The notes under the pieces were generated by a model. It saw only the letters and a list, made by a program, of their open reading frames with translations. It was not told where the DNA came from and searched no databases. Below, one piece after another: positions 39,984 through 51,388 of a stretch of DNA of 64,000 nucleotides (position 1 is the first letter of the stretch; each line of letters begins with the position of its first letter). The position numbers were made by a program, and so were the translations under genes. Source of the DNA: a virus (Duplodnaviria > Caudoviricetes); the IMG/VR virus record IMGVR_UViG_3300033066_000802, positions 32,001-96,000 of that record; one strand, written 5' to 3'.

Positions 39984-40882
39984 TATTGTACTATATTTGT
40001 AAAGGCTTTAGACGTATCAATATTTGTTCTTTTACGCCTCACCTCATATAATTTATTATTCAAACCATCCCTTATTTCAAATAAATCGTATTGAGCATAA
40101 ATATTATTATTTTCATCATACAAGGTATAGATGCCGTCATCTATAGATTTTATTTGATTACCATATAGCGCTACAGCTAATGATTGCACATCATAATTCA
40201 CCATTTCAACTTCCAAAATCTCTGGTGTGAAATTTGTATTAGTTATAATTACATTCTGATCCTTTCTACCGATAAAAGGTGTTGCTGTTGGTTTAAAACT
40301 TGGTGCTGAATTAGGTGTTACTGTACAAAATAACATATTACCCACGTTATTATAAACATATTTAATACTCTTTTGTGAACTATTAGGCGTGTTAACCTGA
40401 ACAGGTTCAGCAATAAAAGATGATGTAATAATCCTATACAAATTTCTCTGTTTAGTACCATCATTATTTAAATATTCAATACGATAACCATCTAACCCAT
40501 TATTAGTAAACTTACTAATAAATCCAGGTGGTACCGTATCACGATTAAACACCAACCCATAAATGTCTGGGAAAGTAGCCAATTGTGCGCAATCCTCGAT
40601 TTTAACCCTAATTTGCGCTGGTCTAATATAAATAGTATAAAAACCTTTAGCTTTGAATGTTGAAACTGGAAGTGTTAAATTATATAACCCACCCAAAACT
40701 TCAACAGCCGTACCACCCAAATTAGCATTACTCATAACTGGTTTTATAACCTCAGTACCTGCAAATTTCGTAATTACCTGATTTTCGGTAGCATTTCTGG
40801 TTGCCGTATAAATTACGATAACCTCAATATCTATCGGATCAACATCCGCAGGTCTTTTTACACCATATACTCCTATTGACAT
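39983..40882 (-). CDS. Hypothetical structural protein
   Basis: 299 aa, coupled to the giant wedge gene. Confidence 0.65.
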   Translation of the reverse strand: MSIGVYGVKRPADVDPIDIEVIVIYTATRNATENQVITKFAGTEVIKPVMSNANLGGTAVEVLGGLYNLTLPVSTFKAKGFYTIYIRPAQIRVKIEDCAQLATFPDIYGLVFNRDTVPPGFISKFTNNGLDGYRIEYLNNDGTKQRNLYRIITSSFIAEPVQVNTPNSSQKSIKYVYNNVGNMLFCTVTPNSAPSFKPTATPFIGRKDQNVIITNTNFTPEILEVEMVNYDVQSLAVALYGNQIKSIDDGIYTLYDENNNIYAQYDLFEIRDGLNNKLYEVRRKRTNIDTSKAFTNIVQ

Positions 40883-40901
40883 AATTTTAAATTTTAAATT
40901 T

Positions 40902-42059
40902 TTATTGCGTGTTCTTAAAATTAAAGCCTTTGGTATTCATTTTATAATAACCAAGACCAATTTTAACTAATTCATTCAAGGTGCTAACATTTTTTAATCT
41001 TTTTACAGGTTCAAACGCATTATTTACACCCCTATCAATAAATACTTCATTAAGAATTTTAGGTTCCTCAACTAACCCTGGATACAAAATAATATTTGCT
41101 TTGTTAGTTTCCACATCAGATGATCGCCTATACATAAATTTAGTTCTTCCATCAGGAAAATCAATATACTTTATGGGATAATCAGTACCAACATATAACA
41201 CATATTCCTTATAGGTTCCAATATTTAAAATCATTCCGTAAATATCTGTTCCATGAAGTAATATTTTTTTATGTGTTTTATAGGTATCATCAATTTCATG
41301 TTTTATAATATTTTCATATTTTCCAGCACTAATAACACTCTCATTTGCAACAGATGCTGATACAGAACCAAATCTATTTACTGATATTGAAGAACCACCA
41401 GAAATTGACCCCACATTGTTAGGTACAATCAATCTATCAATACTGTTCGCTGAAATGGGCGCATTAGCCATACTACTTCTCTCAACCTGATTTGCTAAAG
41501 TATTGTCATAATTACCTACTTTACTAACCACTTTACTATCAGAATACCCAAAATCAACAAATGAGGTAATTAAATCATTATATTTGCTGGTTGTATAACC
41601 TGTAACATAATAAAATAATTTCGCATCAAAATAATTTTTAATATATTCATATGTATCTTTTGGGGGTATAACCACAATGTTATCAACAATTGAAAGTGCG
41701 TTTACAGGTATTGATTGAATCTCCGTTGATGCTACCGCAGCACCATTGAAGATATTTTTACTATAATTTATAATTCTACGATTAGTAACCGATGGTACCG
41801 ATACCACATTACTTGGTTCTGAAGACACCAATGCTGTTAAATTTGTTGTGGTTGATGCACTTTGAAGTGCGGTTTGGTTAAACCTATTTAAAATCTGCGA
41901 TGATGTTGAACCGATAGCATTATTTAATTGTGTACTTAATAATTTTTCTAACCTATCAATAGCGCCTTGCTTTGCATCAACATACGATCCCGTTATCGAA
42001 ACATTCGATTGTAAATTTACTAAAATACTGTAATCGTTATCGTTTATTAGAATTCGCAT
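40902..42059 (-). CDS. Hypothetical structural protein
   Basis: 385 aa; C-terminal EVFIDRG motif; baseplate module context. Confidence 0.6.
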   Translation of the reverse strand: MRILINDNDYSILVNLQSNVSITGSYVDAKQGAIDRLEKLLSTQLNNAIGSTSSQILNRFNQTALQSASTTTNLTALVSSEPSNVVSVPSVTNRRIINYSKNIFNGAAVASTEIQSIPVNALSIVDNIVVIPPKDTYEYIKNYFDAKLFYYVTGYTTSKYNDLITSFVDFGYSDSKVVSKVGNYDNTLANQVERSSMANAPISANSIDRLIVPNNVGSISGGSSISVNRFGSVSASVANESVISAGKYENIIKHEIDDTYKTHKKILLHGTDIYGMILNIGTYKEYVLYVGTDYPIKYIDFPDGRTKFMYRRSSDVETNKANIILYPGLVEEPKILNEVFIDRGVNNAFEPVKRLKNVSTLNELVKIGLGYYKMNTKGFNFKNTQ

Positions 42060-42065
42060 TTATAT

Positions 42066-44483
42066 TTAATTTAATGTATATGTTATTGGTATTGTTATAT
42101 TTTTGACATTTTTATGTTGATCCTCTAACTTAGCTTTTAAATTAGCTTTAATAATCATAGGTTCATGTATATCATAAATAATGTAATTATACATTTCACC
42201 CATTCTCAAAGATAAATTTATATCAACACCCTGACCAGGTGATAATATAGAACTTTTATTAATATTACATGTTGCGGTTAATGCGAGTAGATAATCCCTC
42301 ATATTACCATAATTTTCCTGATATATTGTGTTATTAATATTCTCATTAAATGTCGTTGAATTTGCAAAAACACCAACGAATTTTTTATATTCATCCTGAA
42401 ACCTTAAATGTGCATTCAATTTTTCAGGTCTTGGGTTACGATAGAATTCAACCTCTTTTGAGAGGTATTTAATAATATACTCAGGGTCGGCTAAATTTTT
42501 AGTAATCTGACCCTTTAAATAATTATCAACTTCAGTATTATTATTGTAATATAATACAACCAAAACAGGATCAGAATTTGAGTAAGCTTTTAATACATTA
42601 GCATAATCTTTTTTGGGGTCTATGTTTCTTATATATCGAGAATCTCGTTTCGGGTCACCTGTATTATAAATCCACGAATGACCATACATAACATTTAAAT
42701 CATTCTTTGAAATTATTCTTTCATTTAAATCGTTATGGCGATTATAATCAACGTAATAAAAGTAATTATCTTGTATATAAGACCCAAAATTCTTAGAATC
42801 GGCAATATCAAATCCAGCACCAGCAATATGTTTATCAACTTGGAAATACATACTCGCAACTAAATTATGTGTAACAAAATTAAACATATCTGAATAACCA
42901 CTAAAATTTTCACACAATATAGTTTTCTGTGACCCACCTAACTTATTACTCACATTATATGATGCACCATAAACCAAATTTTTAGGGTCACTGTCATGAA
43001 TACCGCTGGCATATTTATAGTGATCGAGAGCGTTATTATCAACCGAAAAATCAGTAATTGACAATGATTTTATAACAACACTATCATTAATAGAATTGTT
43101 TCTAATATGTATAGTATCTATTAAGCGCTCATGAACATTAGCCGAAATTTCCTGGTTTGCATTATTAATAAATAATGTCTTTTTTGTTGCAGGTAATGTC
43201 TTTTTTATCGAAATCATAGTAGGTGTATAATATTTCGATAATATTAGTTCATTTAGTTGTGTATAATTATTATCTGTTGGGAATGTCCTTAGATATTTCA
43301 CTATCTGATCCTTATCAACGTATTTCTTATCAAGATTATCGATAACGTTTATAGAATTTTTATTTACACTCACATTAAACTTATAGTTAGAATCAACTAT
43401 AATTTCCTCTGATTCAACTAAAGGTATAGGTCTTTTATTTGGTACTATCTTACCAGCCCAGTAATCATCATAATATAACTGATATAAATCAAAATCATAA
43501 CCCTCAATATTATGTACTTTATTTACCACATTATACTCATATATTTTATATGTTTTAGTATTATAATTTAAATTAAATAACAAATACTCATTATTATGAT
43601 CAAAATTTGACGCTGATTGAATACATTTTTTACCGATATTGTTAATTGTTGATGGGATCAGTGGTATTTTAACACCCGATAATCCATCCCAAAAACTATA
43701 CTTTATATATAATTTATTGATGTTGTACTGTTTAAGGAAGTATAACCCAAAACCATCAACACCCTCAGTTAAACTAAATGTTGGTCTTAGTTGTTTAACT
43801 TTATTCGCTGACTTCTCATAATACATATATCTATCATTCACCATGACAGGTATTCCACCCAATCTCTTTTGTGTTGCTGAATTGGGAGAATCATATATCT
43901 CCATTATTAAAAATGAATTATATAAAAATGGTTTATCACTAAATTTTCTCTGCTCATTTTTCCAATTATCAATTTTTTGTGAGAAAGGAAATGTAAAAGT
44001 ATCGTAAAATAAAGGTAACCCAGATCTTAATGGTTGTATTTTATTAAGCTCTGAAACTGGATTAGTTACCGTAAATGGTTTATCCTGTAATAAACGCAAA
44101 CTACTTTTATCTATCTGATATTCATTTTTTTGTAATATATTATTATTACTCTGTTTAAAATCGTACATTGAGATTTCACCTGGTCTACCATTTAAAATAT
44201 GTGTGGCGGTACTCAAATAAGTTTTAAACTCAGGTTCAATGTTATTAATAATATCATTATTAAATTTCATATCCTTAAAGTTAAGGAAATATATAAAATA
44301 ATTAACAGTTTTGGATACTGGTTTAAATTCAAATAATTCCGCATCAAAAATTTTATTAATCGCAACACCACCCGCTTTGGTTAATAAATTTTTATAATAG
44401 AAATCCGTATCTGATGATCTATCTTCACCAAATATATCTAAATTAATATTTAAATCTGTATTCCCTACAACCGTTGTTAACAT
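42066..44483 (-). CDS. Hypothetical structural protein
   Basis: 805 aa; baseplate module context. Confidence 0.6.
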   Translation of the reverse strand: MLTTVVGNTDLNINLDIFGEDRSSDTDFYYKNLLTKAGGVAINKIFDAELFEFKPVSKTVNYFIYFLNFKDMKFNNDIINNIEPEFKTYLSTATHILNGRPGEISMYDFKQSNNNILQKNEYQIDKSSLRLLQDKPFTVTNPVSELNKIQPLRSGLPLFYDTFTFPFSQKIDNWKNEQRKFSDKPFLYNSFLIMEIYDSPNSATQKRLGGIPVMVNDRYMYYEKSANKVKQLRPTFSLTEGVDGFGLYFLKQYNINKLYIKYSFWDGLSGVKIPLIPSTINNIGKKCIQSASNFDHNNEYLLFNLNYNTKTYKIYEYNVVNKVHNIEGYDFDLYQLYYDDYWAGKIVPNKRPIPLVESEEIIVDSNYKFNVSVNKNSINVIDNLDKKYVDKDQIVKYLRTFPTDNNYTQLNELILSKYYTPTMISIKKTLPATKKTLFINNANQEISANVHERLIDTIHIRNNSINDSVVIKSLSITDFSVDNNALDHYKYASGIHDSDPKNLVYGASYNVSNKLGGSQKTILCENFSGYSDMFNFVTHNLVASMYFQVDKHIAGAGFDIADSKNFGSYIQDNYFYYVDYNRHNDLNERIISKNDLNVMYGHSWIYNTGDPKRDSRYIRNIDPKKDYANVLKAYSNSDPVLVVLYYNNNTEVDNYLKGQITKNLADPEYIIKYLSKEVEFYRNPRPEKLNAHLRFQDEYKKFVGVFANSTTFNENINNTIYQENYGNMRDYLLALTATCNINKSSILSPGQGVDINLSLRMGEMYNYIIYDIHEPMIIKANLKAKLEDQHKNVKNITIPITYTLN

Positions 44484-46234
44484 CTGCTATCTTTGTATTT
44501 TGCGTATAAATTATTATTACCATTATCACCATTTTCATTTGTAGGGTCACCCACAATATCAGTTATAGAATTCAATTCAGTTATAATATTATATAGAATA
44601 CCCTGGTTTAATAAATCAATATTATTAATGTCATTAAAATTCAACTTATATTTTAATGTCCTATTTTTCTCAATATTAACAAAAAAATTAATATTATTAT
44701 AAACATAAAAAGCGTTATTCTGAAATGGGAAATCAACAACATCACCATTTTCATCTGATATACCAACATCAAAAATATCACGCCAAATATATGTTTCCTT
44801 TATCTTACTATAAGTAGCGTAATTTGGCATATCTTTCACATTATTACCATTCTCAATATATGATGATAAATGACGTAGTTTTAATTTAGTAAATGGGTTG
44901 TAATGGAATAAAACATCTTTATGTATAAATCTATGACTAATACCCGCTATCTCAGTTTCACGAAGATTTTCAGTACTATATTCGCATAAAGATATTATAA
45001 ATTTATCACCCAACTTTGGCTTTTTTGTTGTTCCACTATTTGTAGATTGACTAATAACATTGAATCCATCACCATCATTAGTAAATTCAATTAACTTACT
45101 AAAACTATCTTCCACATTAGTAAATGAACCATTAGCTACCGAAGAATTCTTTATAATCGCCAAATAAACCTCATTTATTGGATACCCTAAATGATCTCTT
45201 AAATATGTACCGTCCAGATATTGATTAAAAACAAAATTTTTATTCCGTAAACCATACGGTGTTTGTGAAAAAGCACAATCATCTAATTCATCAAGAACAG
45301 CAATAACTTCACCTTCCTTCACATAGTATTCAAGAATTTCATTTTCAACTATTTTCCTTATATAATATTGCGGGGAAAATACCTTATGGGCACTTGGTCT
45401 TGACTGTACAAGGTTATCAACCTGTACCTTATCAAATGATCCAAAATCCACATTTCTTATACTTACAGGTACCTGCTTTAATGAATCAACTTTCGGCGTG
45501 TTTAAATTTAGACTAAACGATTTTGTTTTAACATATGTTGGTGAGGTCACTTTCGTATTACTAAACCCAGTCCCTTCACTAAGATTAGCTGCCGTATTCA
45601 TCGTTGTATAAACAGTATCACCCCTTACAACATCTGAGTACGAATAATTCTCATTAATTGTTACCATATTACCCCTTACACTGGTTATGGTATATACGCC
45701 ACTTCTTATATATGTATCATTTTCAGTTGCGGAATGTATATAAACTTTATCATTTATTGAAAATGTGTGACCAAGATATAAAATGAAACCCTTTCGATTA
45801 TCGTTTAATGATGGTACTCTTCTCATCGCTGGTAAACCAGAACCAATATTATATGTAATATTATTCTTACCATTATGTAATTCCTTTACACCTTTCTTAT
45901 TATCACGCTTAGTTGTATTTAAAAGAACTACAGACCAATTATTATTATTAAAATCAAGTATTGTACGATCAATATTAATCGGTATTAATTTATTTGTAAT
46001 TAAATTCTTATCATATGCTGAATAATTTATAACTGGCGTTATTTTACCATATATCCTAAAATTATTAGAGCTTTGTTTTTCAACAACAAATTGTTTATCT
46101 TGACTAATATCAAGAAATAAACTACTTTCAGTTTCAACCATAGCTGGTTGTTCTAAAATTATTCTTGTTGATAGATTAACATTAGAATTTGCCGTACTTT
46201 TGTATTCCCCTAATACCTCTGTTAAATTACTCAT
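44477..46234 (-). CDS. Hypothetical structural protein
   Basis: 585 aa; FRIYGKI and YIWRDIFDVG motifs; baseplate module context. Confidence 0.6.
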   Translation of the reverse strand: MSNLTEVLGEYKSTANSNVNLSTRIILEQPAMVETESSLFLDISQDKQFVVEKQSSNNFRIYGKITPVINYSAYDKNLITNKLIPINIDRTILDFNNNNWSVVLLNTTKRDNKKGVKELHNGKNNITYNIGSGLPAMRRVPSLNDNRKGFILYLGHTFSINDKVYIHSATENDTYIRSGVYTITSVRGNMVTINENYSYSDVVRGDTVYTTMNTAANLSEGTGFSNTKVTSPTYVKTKSFSLNLNTPKVDSLKQVPVSIRNVDFGSFDKVQVDNLVQSRPSAHKVFSPQYYIRKIVENEILEYYVKEGEVIAVLDELDDCAFSQTPYGLRNKNFVFNQYLDGTYLRDHLGYPINEVYLAIIKNSSVANGSFTNVEDSFSKLIEFTNDGDGFNVISQSTNSGTTKKPKLGDKFIISLCEYSTENLRETEIAGISHRFIHKDVLFHYNPFTKLKLRHLSSYIENGNNVKDMPNYATYSKIKETYIWRDIFDVGISDENGDVVDFPFQNNAFYVYNNINFFVNIEKNRTLKYKLNFNDINNIDLLNQGILYNIITELNSITDIVGDPTNENGDNGNNNLYAKYKDSRC

Positions 46235-46235
46235 C

Positions 46236-48455
46236 TTATTGTTTATATTTATAATAATTTTGGATATCGATTAATGAATTATTAGGTTCGAACCTACCAA
46301 AATAATAAAAATTATCCTTAAACATATTACCTTTATAATGATTCGGACTCCCCACAGGTGTACCAAAATAGTTAGAGTCACCTTTCATAAAAGAACTATA
46401 AACCTTATTAGCTATCAAATCATCTAATTCATCTGTAATATCATACACCGACACATCAATTAAATCCGTTAAGCTACCGTATGTAGTTGAACTCATAAAA
46501 GCACCAAATGTATATTGTGGATCAACTGCTTGTGTGTATGGATTCTGCACACCAAAAGAATTAGCTGTAGAACCTGGAGCATTCTTTAAATCTAAAGCTA
46601 ATGGTGTTAAAGAAACTTGAGCTAAAGCTGTATTGTCGCCGTAATCCCATGTGGTTTTAGTGCCATATACATTTGAGCCATCTGAATTAATATAATCACC
46701 GCCAGCATACAAATCATCAAAAACACTACCAGCATTAATACCATGAACGCCCAAACCAATACCTAATATTTTTTCATATGTTTTAAGTGTGGTTGTATAT
46801 GTTTTTGGTAATGTAATATCTTGTAAAGCGAGTAAATTTATAGGTCCGTATATATCAAAGTCTTTATCATATGTATCATAAACACTATTAGGTTGAAAAG
46901 CTAACCTTGGCATTAAAATTGAACCTATTATGCTAACACTATCAAGGTATTGAACATCTCTATAATCTATAGGATAATTCCAATAAATGTCAGGTGATAC
47001 TTTATTTGGGTTTAGTTGTGGGAACCAAGATATATTACCACTACCACTAAGTACATTAACTTTACTATGTGTATTATATGTTGTTTTTATTGTATAAAAT
47101 TTTCTTTTTTTATTAATTATATCATACTCAAAAACAGAATTACTAATATCTTCCCAACCACCCGTAGCTGGATCACCGAAAGGAGATGCTGGAACCCTAA
47201 AGCCAGGTAAAATATTATTACCATACCACCCCTGTGGGTTTCGTCTATTATACCATATTTCACTACTTTCATAAAATTCAAAAGTATAACAACCTTTCGT
47301 TGGTATACCCATGCTGGTATCAGTTGTTGGTACAAGATCACCAAATTCATTAGTAAAATAATAATCTGAATACATCGGTAATGATAATCTAAAAATACCA
47401 TTATCACTTTCGGTTGAATAGACACCAACCCTTTTTCTACTTTTACCGTCAGTATCTAATTTATAAACCACAATTTTTGGTTGTTGGTATGGGTAAATAT
47501 CACCAGTATTATACCCAACGGAGGCATCCTTAGCTAAAATCTCAGGTTGTTTATTAATCTGATAATCATAATTCCTATTAATTGTAAAACCACCACTTAC
47601 AGAATCCAAATAACCAAAGAATACAGCTGTTGGTGCGTACTTATAATTAATTTTAAAATCACATCTGGTAATACCAACATCACAATTATTGCTGTCACCC
47701 CAAAAAGGCGAAACATTTATATTCTTAACCTGACTAAAGATATTAGGCATTGATGATATATCCAATTTAACTTTAACTTGGAAATCATTATTACCATAAT
47801 ATGTATAATCTGGTATTTTATTAGGGTCGACAGACTCTATCGTACCAGTTAAATTTAAAATAGAATCTAAAGAACTATTTACTGTTGATTGCTGAACCAA
47901 ATCATTCGCTGTTAAATCAAATGACGTTGTATCAAATAAATCAAAATCCATTACAACATCATGCACCCCAAGCGGAACACCAAAAATCATATAATCACCA
48001 GCGTAATTTGTTGTTGTTGTATATTTATAATATTTTTCATATATTTCAACAGTTTGAGGATACTGTGAAAAATCACTCGTGTCGAAAAAATTACCAACAG
48101 CTCTATGGCTTGGGTTATTATTTCTTACTCTGGGTAATAAATTATACCTAACACCATTAGGAAATGTATCTGTAACCGATGTAAATGGATATAATTGCGT
48201 TATTTCTGGTCTATTAAGATCCTCTTCAGTTATCGGTACAAATACCGTAACCTTAGCATTCTCCACACCATACCCACTATTAAGTGCCACTCTACCAACA
48301 ATAACACCAAAATCCGAACACATCCTTCTGTATGCTTCGGAATTAGTTATCTTTAAACTTAAAACATCAAGACTTTCGAACTCTTGATCTAATTTAACCC
48401 TTACAACCTTTTCAGCTGTATCGTTTAAATTTATTGGTACCCTTACATTACTCAT
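46236..48455 (-). CDS. Structural protein with carboxypeptidase-regulatory/prealbumin-like N-terminal domain
   Basis: GVIVGRV..GVENAKVTVF...TTNYAGDYMIFGVPLG. Confidence 0.6.
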   Translation of the reverse strand: MSNVRVPINLNDTAEKVVRVKLDQEFESLDVLSLKITNSEAYRRMCSDFGVIVGRVALNSGYGVENAKVTVFVPITEEDLNRPEITQLYPFTSVTDTFPNGVRYNLLPRVRNNNPSHRAVGNFFDTSDFSQYPQTVEIYEKYYKYTTTTNYAGDYMIFGVPLGVHDVVMDFDLFDTTSFDLTANDLVQQSTVNSSLDSILNLTGTIESVDPNKIPDYTYYGNNDFQVKVKLDISSMPNIFSQVKNINVSPFWGDSNNCDVGITRCDFKINYKYAPTAVFFGYLDSVSGGFTINRNYDYQINKQPEILAKDASVGYNTGDIYPYQQPKIVVYKLDTDGKSRKRVGVYSTESDNGIFRLSLPMYSDYYFTNEFGDLVPTTDTSMGIPTKGCYTFEFYESSEIWYNRRNPQGWYGNNILPGFRVPASPFGDPATGGWEDISNSVFEYDIINKKRKFYTIKTTYNTHSKVNVLSGSGNISWFPQLNPNKVSPDIYWNYPIDYRDVQYLDSVSIIGSILMPRLAFQPNSVYDTYDKDFDIYGPINLLALQDITLPKTYTTTLKTYEKILGIGLGVHGINAGSVFDDLYAGGDYINSDGSNVYGTKTTWDYGDNTALAQVSLTPLALDLKNAPGSTANSFGVQNPYTQAVDPQYTFGAFMSSTTYGSLTDLIDVSVYDITDELDDLIANKVYSSFMKGDSNYFGTPVGSPNHYKGNMFKDNFYYFGRFEPNNSLIDIQNYYKYKQ

Positions 48456-48456
48456 A

Positions 48457-50292
48457 TTATATTAATGTTCTAATTGGTGTTGAAGCGACTGGTATAACCA
48501 CGATGTCAGTATTAGGATTTCTTAATTGTAGAATCTGATTTTCATCACAATTAATTACCCCAGATGATAAATCAATTTCACCCGTAACGGTATCAAACAA
48601 ACTTTGATTTATTGTATTTTGTGAATAACCAACTGAAGTCTTATTAAATACCTTAATATATGTTATATTAAGAACACCCTGGATTGCACTTATTATTTTT
48701 ATTAGATTGAATATGTAATAACTTTGACCCATTTGCCTTTTGGATGCTAAAAATTCGTTAGTAACCGATTGTATAATTTGGGTTATTGTTGATAACTGGC
48801 TATTCTGATCAATTAAAACAGAAATTTCAAACCCAAGATCAATCACTTCCCCTGGCGCTACAACAACATAGTCATTTATCATTCTGTATTCAGAGAGATA
48901 TGTTGCAATATTCTCCATTATTACACTGGTCACCTGACTATCAAAAGCTCCGCTGGCACCCATTGTAATTGGATTTATCTCAATTTTATTCATATTTTGC
49001 CTTACACCAACTCTGGCAGGTGTACCAAATTTACTCGGCATACCTAACAATATCGCCTTATAATCATTCAAGGTTACCGCACGATCCTGAGCGGCAAAGT
49101 TATACGCTATGTAATTCCTTAATTCTTCAATAGATGGGGCTTCACCGCCACCAATTGCTGGTGTAATATTCGTTACTGTTAATGAGCCTTGCACAATAGC
49201 ATTCAATGTTGTGTCAGGTCCGTTTAAAGCTATATTCATATAACCAAACGTATCTATTACGTTTGCACCAATATTTGTTGCCGTACCACCACCAACTCTG
49301 TATTTAATATACATTGTGGTATTCGTCAGCGGAGCTAAACCCAAACTGTTATTGTTTAGAAAACTATTAAGATTTATGCTATTACCAGACAAGAAACTGT
49401 CAAGTATATCGAATGATTGGTTTGTTTTTGAACCAAATGTTAGGGTACAGAAACCAGTTGGTGTAAACTCTCTTACAAATTTAAAATCAGTTTCTAACCA
49501 TTGACCCTTATAATAACCATTTTCATCTGGTGGTACCGCAGTATCATAAACAAATACACTATTCTGAGCTAAAGAATTAACCTCATACCACCTATTGGTT
49601 TGAGAATTAAATTCACTATCAGTTGGGTTTTTCGTATAATTAGTACCATTTTTATAAATCACAGATTCAATAGCCAACACGTTATTTTCTGGTAAAGTAA
49701 TCTTGTAAAAAGGAACTGGGGTAGAATTACCAAAAACTTGTGTATATATCCTGGTAGTACCAGCTGTTACAATACCCGTTTTAGTTATTGTATATGCTGT
49801 TAAAACCCCGTTATTGAATATTGGTGTTTTCGTCCTATCAAGTGACCCAGATGAATTATAATTACTACCAAAATCAACATCATAAAGTAATTCAAAATTT
49901 TGACCATTACCAATAACCTGAGTACCTGCACGTAAGACTGGTAAATATCTCTTATCCTCAGCATCGGCAAATACAGGTATTTGTGCGCTGAATTGACAAA
50001 CCGCTATACTCGCAGATAACGTTGGTAATTTCAAACCATAGGTTTTAGCAATATTGTATAGTGATCTTCTTTCCTGAGCAAAATCTAATACAGTTTCCTG
50101 TAATGATCTATCAATATTAAAATGTAAGTTATCTGCCAAGGCTGCGCCAAGATCCAAAAATACCGACATTATTGATCCATCATTGAAGTTCTGAATAACC
50201 TCAGGATAATACTTATTTATGTAATCTATCTGTTCTTGTCTTAAAGTAGCGAAATCTCTACTTGAGTACGATATTGTATTTGTTGTTGCCAT
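48457..50292 (-). CDS. Baseplate wedge subunit (T4 gp6 / P2 gpJ-like)
   Basis: YSSRDFATLR, AQERRSLYNIAKTYG, YRVGGG, GGGEAPSIEELR, QDRAVTLNDY. Confidence 0.88.
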   Translation of the reverse strand: MATTNTISYSSRDFATLRQEQIDYINKYYPEVIQNFNDGSIMSVFLDLGAALADNLHFNIDRSLQETVLDFAQERRSLYNIAKTYGLKLPTLSASIAVCQFSAQIPVFADAEDKRYLPVLRAGTQVIGNGQNFELLYDVDFGSNYNSSGSLDRTKTPIFNNGVLTAYTITKTGIVTAGTTRIYTQVFGNSTPVPFYKITLPENNVLAIESVIYKNGTNYTKNPTDSEFNSQTNRWYEVNSLAQNSVFVYDTAVPPDENGYYKGQWLETDFKFVREFTPTGFCTLTFGSKTNQSFDILDSFLSGNSINLNSFLNNNSLGLAPLTNTTMYIKYRVGGGTATNIGANVIDTFGYMNIALNGPDTTLNAIVQGSLTVTNITPAIGGGEAPSIEELRNYIAYNFAAQDRAVTLNDYKAILLGMPSKFGTPARVGVRQNMNKIEINPITMGASGAFDSQVTSVIMENIATYLSEYRMINDYVVVAPGEVIDLGFEISVLIDQNSQLSTITQIIQSVTNEFLASKRQMGQSYYIFNLIKIISAIQGVLNITYIKVFNKTSVGYSQNTINQSLFDTVTGEIDLSSGVINCDENQILQLRNPNTDIVVIPVASTPIRTLI

Positions 50293-50296
50293 TATG

Positions 50297-50713
50297 TTAG
50301 AAAGTTAATGTTATATCATCCGATACCTGAAAGGTTCTCGAAGTTATTGTGTAATCTATTTTTACCGTAACCGTATGCTGTTTCTCATAATCATTAACAT
50401 ATTGTAAATTATTCATATATTGTGTTACATTTATATTATTGATTTTTAGGTTTGGTAAATAAGCTTCGCATGAGGTTTTTATCTCATTTTTTATTGCCGT
50501 AATTACTGTATCCGTTAGCGGTTCGAATATATATTGATATAAATTTGTTCCGAAATCAGGTAAAAAATACCTCGATCCTTTCCTCGTTAACAGTAAATGT
50601 ATCAGATTTGACTTAATCTCCTTTTCTGGATATGTGGTCAAATCCAAGAAGTCACCATTGATGGAGTCCTTGAATGGGAAATTTATACCTAATGTTTTTT
50701 GTCTGAAATCCAT
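50297..50713 (-). CDS. Baseplate wedge / sheath initiator (T4 gp25 / gpW-like)
   Basis: GINFPF, IKSNLIHLLLTRKGSRYFLPDFGTNLYQYIFEP. Confidence 0.92.
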   Translation of the reverse strand: MDFRQKTLGINFPFKDSINGDFLDLTTYPEKEIKSNLIHLLLTRKGSRYFLPDFGTNLYQYIFEPLTDTVITAIKNEIKTSCEAYLPNLKINNINVTQYMNNLQYVNDYEKQHTVTVKIDYTITSRTFQVSDDITLTF

Positions 50714-50760
50714 GCCAAATATTTATTATAAATAGTAATCAAAATAAAAATATTGTAAAT

Positions 50761-50789
50761 AAAAAACCACCCAGGATCACTGAGTGGTT
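50761..50789 (-). terminator. Intrinsic terminator after the HNH gene (probable ancestral nrdJ terminator)
   Basis: On -: AACCACTCAG-tgatc-CTGGGTGGTT followed by a T run. Confidence 0.75.
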
Positions 50790-50812
50790 CATATCTTGTT
50801 TATTTTAATAAC

Positions 50813-51388
50813 TTATTTGACTTCACAACCAGCGGCACCGCCACTATGTTCAGTAACTAATTTACACATCTTGATGAAATGTTCCTGTGTGTAAATTCTC
50901 TTCATCATATTAATGTCTTTATGTACCCATTGAACATTACCTTCAATATAACCCTTATCATTATTAATTCTATCTAAAGACATAGTTAAATTATTATGTG
51001 AATTGTCTAATAATAAACCACTTAATAAACATTTTTTATTTTGTTTAATAAATAAATCATTAAGATAAACCATTGTTAAGTCGAACTCAATATTTCTAAA
51101 TTTTGCATCTCTTTTTATTTTACTAAATACTTTACCAGGTAAACTATTGTAACCTCGCCAAGCTGGGTTATTTTCTTTTTTTAATGAATTACCACAAATT
51201 AAACATTTTGTTGATGTCCCTTTAATTAATGAATAACAAGATACTTTACTTATTTTTCCACATGAACATTTACATGTTACTTTAGCCTCTCGTTCAATTA
51301 TAATGTTACCATCAATGATAACATATTCACCATATTTTTGACCAATATTAAATTTATTAACATATTTAGACGTATTTTTATATCCCAT
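50813..51388 (-). CDS. HNH-type homing endonuclease
   Basis: CKCSCGK..CLICG, ENNPAWRG, CLLSG, SLDRINNDKGYIEGNVQWVHKDINMMK; start at the ATG at 51388 just after TATTTAT. Confidence 0.85.
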   Translation of the reverse strand: MGYKNTSKYVNKFNIGQKYGEYVIIDGNIIIEREAKVTCKCSCGKISKVSCYSLIKGTSTKCLICGNSLKKENNPAWRGYNSLPGKVFSKIKRDAKFRNIEFDLTMVYLNDLFIKQNKKCLLSGLLLDNSHNNLTMSLDRINNDKGYIEGNVQWVHKDINMMKRIYTQEHFIKMCKLVTEHSGGAAGCEVK